A stretch of DNA of 53,663 bases, from IMG/VR virus record IMGVR_UViG_3300023178_000063, positions 1-53,663 of that record. One strand, written 5' to 3'. Positions 47,554-53,663 of this stretch are shown here, piece after piece (the stretch's first letter is position 1; every line of letters begins with the position of its first letter). The translations under genes were made by a program, and so were the position numbers. This DNA is from a virus. Taxonomy: Duplodnaviria > Caudoviricetes. The notes under the pieces are model-generated. The model was not told the origin of the DNA and did not search any database. It was given only the letters and a program-made list of their open reading frames with translations.

Positions 47554-48394
47554 GTTTTGTAAATCTTAATGATTCGGGATAAGTTAGTACATTTATATAC
47601 CATTTATTGTCATAGTTTTTCATAAACTTGATAAGATCGTGTAGATGAAATATATTATTGTAATGTAAAACAGTATTAAATTCAAATTCATAATTGTTTA
47701 TTTTACAATAGTCAATAAAATTAAGTGTATCTTGCCAAACACTGCCGCCTCTAACTTTTTCATTGACAGCACCAACGCCATCAATGCTAATAATAAATTT
47801 AACTTGTTTAAAGTTATTCCAAACTTGGTTACAATCTTCAGTAGGAAGATATGTAGCATTAGTATTATAAATTACAACACAGTTTTGCGGACAGGGATGT
47901 AAATTTAATACATCTAAATGCCTATTTAAAATTAAAGGTTCGCCACCTAAGAATAAAATTTTATTTACACTTGATGGTATAGTTGTAATTTCGTCAACAA
48001 CTAATTTTTTATGACTTGCCTTTCCGTATATTAATTCTTCTTTGGCAATCCAACTTGTACTAAATTCTGAATTGCATCCATCGCAAGTAAGATTGCAAAG
48101 ATTATCTAAGCCAATTTCAAGATATTTGAGTTCAACTGAGTTTGTATTGTATTTCTCATTAAACTCTTGACGTAGACTTTTATGTTGAATTGATTCTTCG
48201 TAGTAACATTTTTCACAACCTTGTATATGCTCTCCAGCAAGGCTTTTTTCACGTAATTCTTTATATGCTTCTGAGTGTAATACGTTTTCTATATCGCCAT
48301 TAAAGGTATCAATAGAATGTTTAAAACGACAACACGGATATACTCTGTTTCCAGGCCTAATGTTAGTGTGATTCCAAAATGCACTACACTTCAT
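47456..48394 (-). CDS. Radical SAM protein with N-terminal Twitch/SPASM-like domain
   Basis: C...PCC...CEKC N-domain; CNLTCDGC; LGGEPL; ISIDG. Confidence 0.88.
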   Translation of the reverse strand: MKCSAFWNHTNIRPGNRVYPCCRFKHSIDTFNGDIENVLHSEAYKELREKSLAGEHIQGCEKCYYEESIQHKSLRQEFNEKYNTNSVELKYLEIGLDNLCNLTCDGCNSEFSTSWIAKEELIYGKASHKKLVVDEITTIPSSVNKILFLGGEPLILNRHLDVLNLHPCPQNCVVIYNTNATYLPTEDCNQVWNNFKQVKFIISIDGVGAVNEKVRGGSVWQDTLNFIDYCKINNYEFEFNTVLHYNNIFHLHDLIKFMKNYDNKWYINVLTYPESLRFTKHDRQEIQKYLSRIDGFTYPNKEYIQNFSRGTL

Positions 48395-49253
48395 GTATCT
48401 TACCTTTTAGAATAGCATCTTCTTGTGGTTTTAAGTTTGGATTTGCAGGACACATCTCACAAATAGGATGTGGATGAAATATATTATTAATAAACCCATT
48501 CAATTCATACTCGGAGCAGTTAACATCTAAACCTTCGTATTTTAAATACGGTTCCCAATCCTTGTCATCTAACATATTATATTTTTCAGCATGAGTTCTT
48601 AACATACTAATTGGCGGACATTTATATAGTTTATTTTTGTATATAATAGGATAGATGTTTGCACTACAGTTGTGGTAACTTGATTCAGCATCTCTGTCAT
48701 TCCACGGTTTTAGCACACCATTTAAGTTTTGTCTGTAATCATACCATCCTCCTTGAGTAGGGTCAGATACTTCTAATTCTACATCTTGGTATCTCCATAT
48801 ATGGTTTTCTTCTTCTACCCAAGGAAGATCTTTTATAATATACTTTCGAATATTATCTTCAATTTTTTGTCTAATTGCTGTATCTCTATTATGCAATGTA
48901 ATACTAATTTTAGCAGGCTGGTTTTCTAACAGAATATCTAAAAGTTTATCACGTTTAGGCAAGAAAAATCCATTAGAATAAATTTCTATTCTTGCATGAT
49001 CAAAACAGTGCCTACTGTGTTTTATAATATCGTAAATGCCAGGATGTATTAACGGTTCTCCGCCTATGATTGTAAAGTTGTCTGGATCAAGACGGGATCC
49101 CCATTCAAACATATTTGATTTCAGCTCTTGTAAATCTTCATGCCAGGAATGGTTGTAGTCAATAAAACGGTCACAACCCGGACATGCTAAGTCGCACGAG
49201 GTTGTGACCATCCATTCTAAATAAGGTAAATGAAATCCTCTTGGATCAAGCAA
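48384..49253 (-). CDS. Radical SAM protein; probable TTG start at 49253
   Basis: CDLACPGC; IGGEPL; C-terminal Cys (C...KCP...CEMC); GAGGA SD before TTG. Confidence 0.88.
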   Translation of the reverse strand: MLDPRGFHLPYLEWMVTTSCDLACPGCDRFIDYNHSWHEDLQELKSNMFEWGSRLDPDNFTIIGGEPLIHPGIYDIIKHSRHCFDHARIEIYSNGFFLPKRDKLLDILLENQPAKISITLHNRDTAIRQKIEDNIRKYIIKDLPWVEEENHIWRYQDVELEVSDPTQGGWYDYRQNLNGVLKPWNDRDAESSYHNCSANIYPIIYKNKLYKCPPISMLRTHAEKYNMLDDKDWEPYLKYEGLDVNCSEYELNGFINNIFHPHPICEMCPANPNLKPQEDAILKGKIHEV

Positions 49254-50307
49254 AATAATCCTCGCAGTTACCTTTACGTTTTGTGTCAAGTGTAACACAA
49301 TGAAAGCCACCGCTTAATGTACGTGCTTGACGCATAGGCATGCCAATCGATTCAATGCCGTGCTTGTCTAACTCTTTACGTACATATTCCTGATTTTCAT
49401 CAATAATAACTAATTCTTCGTTTACACTTAACATATTTAAACCAATGTATTTAGAACAAGGTGATACATTACCTTCTAAGTTAGATCCAATGTCAACTAC
49501 CTGATCACCTGGTACAAAGATTTTATCCCAGTCTTTAAAGATTGGTGGATACCAGTCTGGAGTACAGCGATCGCCGTTAAACAACACCAATCCAGGACGT
49601 AGTGGAATAACTGTACTGTCAAAGTGCGAATAGCTATAAAACTTTTCTGCTAAATGAATACGGTAACCACGTGGTTCAAGCAAATTACGTAACCACTTAT
49701 AACCCCATAAATTACCAGAGTTACTTACTTGATAAATTAGATCCTTGCCTAAACGTACTACGTTAGGAGCATCAAAAACAATTTCTTCATTAGTAAGTGT
49801 AGGAATACTTAGGTCGTCAAGTTGATAACTGCTATCTAATAATCTTGGTCTTGGCGCACTTAACCATTCTCCACCATTATCTACTACATCGTATAAAAAA
49901 TCACGATATGCAAGTGTTTCATATTGTCTTGCCCGCATAGCACCCGGACAATCAATAATTAGATTATCTAATGGCAACAGCAAGTCACGTGGACAATATG
50001 TGTACCATCCTGTTGTTTCCCAGTCTGGCGATTTGAATGTTTTACTATGATCAATTGCCTCAGGTCTACGAACTGTTACACCCAGCTTTCTTAATTGATC
50101 TGATAAGTTGTCAAGATCCTCGTTTGCTTCATCAATCACCCATTGCGGTGAAGGTCCTTCAAGATCTTTAATTTGATCGTAGGTACAATCTGCAAACCCA
50201 AAAGAATGCGTACTTGCATCAATAGTAGGAATACGTGCATGATCTGCAACACCTACAAAAATTTCTTCTAATGGATCCCAGTCGTTATGACTACTGACTA
50301 CTGTCAT
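49246..50307 (-). CDS. L-arginine amidinotransferase (StrB1/glycine amidinotransferase family)
   Basis: HNDWDPLEEIFVG, YCPRD, VFDAPN, SHFDSTVIPLRPG, LSGGFHCVTLD: Asp-His-Cys triad intact. Confidence 0.92.
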   Translation of the reverse strand: MTVVSSHNDWDPLEEIFVGVADHARIPTIDASTHSFGFADCTYDQIKDLEGPSPQWVIDEANEDLDNLSDQLRKLGVTVRRPEAIDHSKTFKSPDWETTGWYTYCPRDLLLPLDNLIIDCPGAMRARQYETLAYRDFLYDVVDNGGEWLSAPRPRLLDSSYQLDDLSIPTLTNEEIVFDAPNVVRLGKDLIYQVSNSGNLWGYKWLRNLLEPRGYRIHLAEKFYSYSHFDSTVIPLRPGLVLFNGDRCTPDWYPPIFKDWDKIFVPGDQVVDIGSNLEGNVSPCSKYIGLNMLSVNEELVIIDENQEYVRKELDKHGIESIGMPMRQARTLSGGFHCVTLDTKRKGNCEDYFA

Positions 50308-51163
50308 ATATTTTTTCTCCTATTATTTCTGAAACACAAACTCTGTTAACTTTTGTGCCTCTATTATACTCTTTATATTCATCTCCGCCTAACCCAAACA
50401 TAACACAATCTGTGTTTTTTAAGTTGTACTCTTTACACACTTCTTTATAAAGATCACCATATGATAACCAATTATGATCTATGCTATAATTTTTAATTAA
50501 ACTTGATGCTATACTTAACGATATGCGATTGACCATTTCAACAGAATTGATTAAATCTATACCATCATCAGTATCTTCTCTTTCTAATCTTAGTCCAACA
50601 CGTAAAAACTCAGCACCATAAAATGCTTTTGATAATGAAAATGTAACTGTTTGAACACAATTATATTTTGTTAAATCTAACGTAATATTTTTAGTACAAG
50701 GATAATATGCAAAGTCTAATAAGACAGGAATATCCATAGCATTACAATTATGTAACAAAAACTCTAAATGTGTATGTTGCGATCCATAATCTGAAAACGG
50801 TACGCTAATAATTAAAGCATCGTTTGGTTGTAAACGTCTGTCATCAAGGTATGCCCAAACTCCGCCATGCTTAAGAACTGCACTATGATACATAAACTCG
50901 CCGCGAAAGAATCTAAATGTACGATTCTTGTGACGCCAATAAAAATGGTCAAATGTTTGTGCTGTTCCTGCAACTAATCTGTGTATTGGAAACTTATCAA
51001 GTCCTATTAAATTATTCAGCTTACTTGAATTAATCCAGTTATAAAAATCATTAGTAAACTGGTCTTGTATATCATTATTATATAAATCATTAGTAGGATT
51101 CAATCCTACTATAAAATCTTTTACACGATGATCTGCAATAGGTTTAGCGCCTCTTAAATTCAT
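50291..51163 (-). CDS. PLP-dependent fold-type I enzyme (aminotransferase/decarboxylase-like)
   Basis: LLDFAY and FSLSKAFYG..FLRVG motifs of class I/II PLP enzymes. Confidence 0.72.
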   Translation of the reverse strand: MNLRGAKPIADHRVKDFIVGLNPTNDLYNNDIQDQFTNDFYNWINSSKLNNLIGLDKFPIHRLVAGTAQTFDHFYWRHKNRTFRFFRGEFMYHSAVLKHGGVWAYLDDRRLQPNDALIISVPFSDYGSQHTHLEFLLHNCNAMDIPVLLDFAYYPCTKNITLDLTKYNCVQTVTFSLSKAFYGAEFLRVGLRLEREDTDDGIDLINSVEMVNRISLSIASSLIKNYSIDHNWLSYGDLYKEVCKEYNLKNTDCVMFGLGGDEYKEYNRGTKVNRVCVSEIIGEKIYDSSQ

Positions 51164-51653
51164 CTAACACTCCAGTCACTTGCATAGTATATTTTTCAGT
51201 CATACCCATGTTTCCGCTAAGATGCGGCTCATTATATTTTATTAGTATAGCATCACCTTGCTTCCAATGCAAGACCGAATTTTGATTTATTTCAAAATAA
51301 TGTCCACTTTGCCAATCTTCTAAAAATATATTAATTCTTACACATTCTGACGGATGAACATCATTAACACTGGCAAATTTAAAAAATGTATCTTCGTGTA
51401 AAGGTAAAGTCTGGCCAGGAGACTGTTTCATTATACCTACTGAATAACGGTCAAATAGAGTACGACAAAAATTATGTATATCATCGCCTACTTCAAATGC
51501 ACGTTCGTATTTTGTGTTATGATGTGTAAAACCTACTTTACGATACATTTCGTTTTGTTTTTCAAACTCACGAGACCTTCCATAAGACGAAACATTATCT
51601 TCAACAATCCAGTTTAAGTCTTTATAATTAAAATTAGGTAATTTTATATTCAT
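51144..51653 (-). CDS. Cupin/2OG-Fe(II) oxygenase-like protein
   Basis: PGQTLPLHED...IFLEDWQSGH...PHLSGN...YTMQVTG (HxD...H). Confidence 0.75.
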   Translation of the reverse strand: MNIKLPNFNYKDLNWIVEDNVSSYGRSREFEKQNEMYRKVGFTHHNTKYERAFEVGDDIHNFCRTLFDRYSVGIMKQSPGQTLPLHEDTFFKFASVNDVHPSECVRINIFLEDWQSGHYFEINQNSVLHWKQGDAILIKYNEPHLSGNMGMTEKYTMQVTGVLDEFKRR

Positions 51654-52405
51654 TTTTCTGTTCTAATATCGTATGGTGCTTTTTCATCTTTATCATACCA
51701 ATATAGACTACGATGAGGTGGGAAGTGATCATCGTGTTTTGCATTACTTACATAATAAAATAGTCTTAAATTTTTGCGACATGTTCCTTCTGGATTTTTC
51801 ATAGGATCAGGATAACCGTGAAATGCTAAATTATGATAACTCCATACAACTAAATTACCTGCTCCTGGAACAACTCTACTAATTCTATCTTCTCGATTTA
51901 TATCATAAAAGTCTAAATTTCCTCCCCAATCTTCGTTCCATTCTTCATTTAAATAAACAATAGCACTAAGACGTCTATGTAATTTTAATTCTTCATTCCA
52001 GTTAAAGTCTGTGTGTATTTTTAAACTATCGCCAGTATATGCTTTTGCATAACCGGCACCAATCAAATGAGGATCAGGAATCAAGTCAATTGTGTCAGTT
52101 ACTTCTTGTAGCCATTTTAAAAACGGGCCGCTGTGTAATGCATTTACAACTTCATCTTGTATTGGTGTTATTTCTAAGTCGTTGTATTCATACATACAAC
52201 TACCTTTACGAGTAAACTTTTTTCCTTGTTCTAACGGTAAAGAATCAAGTTCTTTTGCCATCTCTTGAACAATGTTTAATGGTAAAAAGTTTTTTATTTC
52301 TATTTTACTATAAGATGGATGGCTTCTATATTCTACTTGTAAGTCGTGAGTATTTGAAAAATGTGTTTTTATATGATCTAAAATTTGATTTTTAATTTTA
52401 GGCAA
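51650..52405 (-). CDS. 2OG-Fe(II) oxygenase (prolyl-hydroxylase-like)
   Basis: LKIHTDFN, IVYLNEEW..WGGNL, FHGYP, RKNLRLFYY; TTG start with AAGGAG SD. Confidence 0.88.
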   Translation of the reverse strand: MPKIKNQILDHIKTHFSNTHDLQVEYRSHPSYSKIEIKNFLPLNIVQEMAKELDSLPLEQGKKFTRKGSCMYEYNDLEITPIQDEVVNALHSGPFLKWLQEVTDTIDLIPDPHLIGAGYAKAYTGDSLKIHTDFNWNEELKLHRRLSAIVYLNEEWNEDWGGNLDFYDINREDRISRVVPGAGNLVVWSYHNLAFHGYPDPMKNPEGTCRKNLRLFYYVSNAKHDDHFPPHRSLYWYDKDEKAPYDIRTEK

Positions 52406-52423
52406 TTCATGACTCCTTTATTT

Positions 52424-52459
52424 TACTTATATAATAACATCTTTTCCACTATTAGTCAA
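52424..52459 (-). promoter_or_regulatory. Sigma70 promoter TTGACT-N17-TATTAT plus adjacent ATAAGTA box, heading the biosynthetic operon
   Basis: -35 at 52459-52454, -10 at 52436-52431, ATAAGTA at 52430-52424. Confidence 0.7.
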
Positions 52460-52524
52460 GGATTCATTTTTACATCGATGTTCTTTTTATTTTATTAAAT
52501 AAATGTTCCTATAGGAGGAAAATT

Positions 52525-52785
52525 ATGATTAAATGGTTAAAATCACTTTTTAGTTTTGAACAACCTTTAGAGCCTACATTACAGGCTGATAAAGAAACGG
52601 CAGAAGCACCTAAAGCAAAGGCGCCTGCTAAGAAAACAACTAAAAAGAAAACAACTAAAAGCAAGTCATGTGACTTTAGCAAGTTAACAAAAACTCAACT
52701 GCTTGCAGAAGCAAAACACCGTGGTGTTAAAGCTAACGCAAGTTTATCAAAAGCTGAGATTTTGAAACGAGTTAAGAACGGTTAA
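52525..52785 (+). CDS. Small basic protein with C-terminal HeH/Rho-N-like helix pair
   Basis: AGGAGG SD; Lys-rich linker; DFSKLTKTQLLAEAKHRGV...LSKAEIL. Confidence 0.75.
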   Translation: MIKWLKSLFSFEQPLEPTLQADKETAEAPKAKAPAKKTTKKKTTKSKSCDFSKLTKTQLLAEAKHRGVKANASLSKAEILKRVKNG

Positions 52786-53062
52786 TTACAGCCGCTTGCA
52801 ACTGCTGAATTGCAGTATCTTGGCGAGCCAGCTTACGCTCTAAAACAGTGATAGCGGCTCGCTGTTTTTTTGACTGTTCTTCCAAAGAACGAACATATTG
52901 AAGTGTAGGAAGTTCTTGAGAGCTACCATCCTCGCCAAGCATAGTAATAGTGTCTACACCTTGGGCACGTAACCCACCAGTTACACGATTTGGATTTTTA
53001 TCATTAGTAGACGGTTGTGTGCTCTTGGATCGAGGACCGTACATCTTGTTCAAATAGCTCAT
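52772..53062 (-). CDS. Hypothetical coiled-coil protein; probable start MSYLNKMYG
   Basis: AAGGA SD before ATG 53062; KNPNRVTGGLRAQG. Confidence 0.7.
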   Translation of the reverse strand: MSYLNKMYGPRSKSTQPSTNDKNPNRVTGGLRAQGVDTITMLGEDGSSQELPTLQYVRSLEEQSKKQRAAITVLERKLARQDTAIQQLQAAVINRS

Positions 53063-53663
53063 AATCTTCCTTTGCTTTCTTATATTTATACAAGTCAATG
53101 CTTGCTAAATTCTTACACTTAGACTCTACCATAATGTCTGCATAGTCGTTAAACTCTAATGCCCAATCGTTGACAGCATTGTTCCACATCATATCCGAGT
53201 GAGCACGTAGTTTCTGTTTCTTAAATCCATTCATAAGCAAGAACTCCATATCAGGTAGTTCGTTGTCGGGCCATTCTGCAAGTAAATCTTCTTTGCTTAC
53301 ACTGTAATGTATAACAGGACGCACACCGCGCCACGATTCAATTACGCGATCAAATCTACGGTCGGTTGGTAGAATGTATTCTCCTGTACGCACCCAGTGA
53401 TGGTGTATGTCAAGAACGAGGGCAACGTGTTTTTCAAGTTCGAGGCTTGCGTCGAGTCCCCACGACATTTCGTCGTTTTCGATCGTGATGGTGTTTCTTG
53501 CTTCGGGCGATAGTCTTGGTAGGACGTCGATGATGCCTTGTGGACCTTTTCGACCCGATATGTGTACATTGCATTTAAAGTCTTGAAATGTCTGTCCGTA
53601 TCCCATCCAGCGTATGACATCCACATGATACTCAAACTCCTCTATACTTCTATTTACTATATC
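53004..53663 (-). CDS. uvsE: UV DNA damage endonuclease (5' end beyond right edge)
   Basis: Frame open to the edge (DIVNRSIEEFEYHVD); NVHISG, IENDE, LDIHHH, HYS, RAHSD, MVESKCK motifs. Confidence 0.88.
   Translation of the reverse strand, partial: DIVNRSIEEFEYHVDVIRWMGYGQTFQDFKCNVHISGRKGPQGIIDVLPRLSPEARNTITIENDEMSWGLDASLELEKHVALVLDIHHHWVRTGEYILPTDRRFDRVIESWRGVRPVIHYSVSKEDLLAEWPDNELPDMEFLLMNGFKKQKLRAHSDMMWNNAVNDWALEFNDYADIMVESKCKNLASIDLYKYKKAKEDYELFEQDVRSSIQEHTTVY

Noticed and set aside
1-53663. Alternative genetic code, tRNA genes, introns/inteins, integrase or transposase
   Set aside because: Known genes are full length in the standard code, intergenic gaps are too short or lack cloverleaf features, and no such motifs were recognised

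Overview
A 53.7-kb, AT-rich, gene-dense segment of a large lytic dsDNA tailed phage (T4-like/jumbo myovirus type), mostly encoded on the minus strand in the standard genetic code. The host is probably a Gram-negative proteobacterium: spanin-like genes are present and the ferredoxin resembles alphaproteobacterial FdxA. In window order: the 5' part of a family-B DNA polymerase (cut by the left edge); a ~11-kb array of unannotated modular proteins sharing an N-terminal M-K/R-x-x-E-hydrophobic motif, including two large repeat-rich proteins with peptidoglycan-binding domains; clpA and dnaJ; a lysis cassette (GH19 endolysin, spanin-like genes, holin candidates); phoH; a nucleotide-metabolism/replication block (dCMP deaminase, thyA, DHFR, ferredoxin, clamp loader, DEDD exonuclease, QueC-like protein, MazG-like pyrophosphatase, GroES-like protein, a DnaE-like fragment); a tail/baseplate block with an S8 protease and a 2888-aa fibre protein; iscA; a co-oriented 7-gene biosynthesis-like operon (2 oxygenase/cupin genes, PLP enzyme, StrB1-like amidinotransferase, 2 radical SAM enzymes, glycosyltransferase-like gene); and uvsE (cut by the right edge). 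Two promoter classes are readable: consensus sigma70 promoters and a T4-late-like (A)TAAATA box, often exactly 5 nt before an ATG with no Shine-Dalgarno, and twice inside a hairpin. No tRNA, rRNA, CRISPR array or mobile element was seen. All family calls come from motif recognition by eye; no database search was run.
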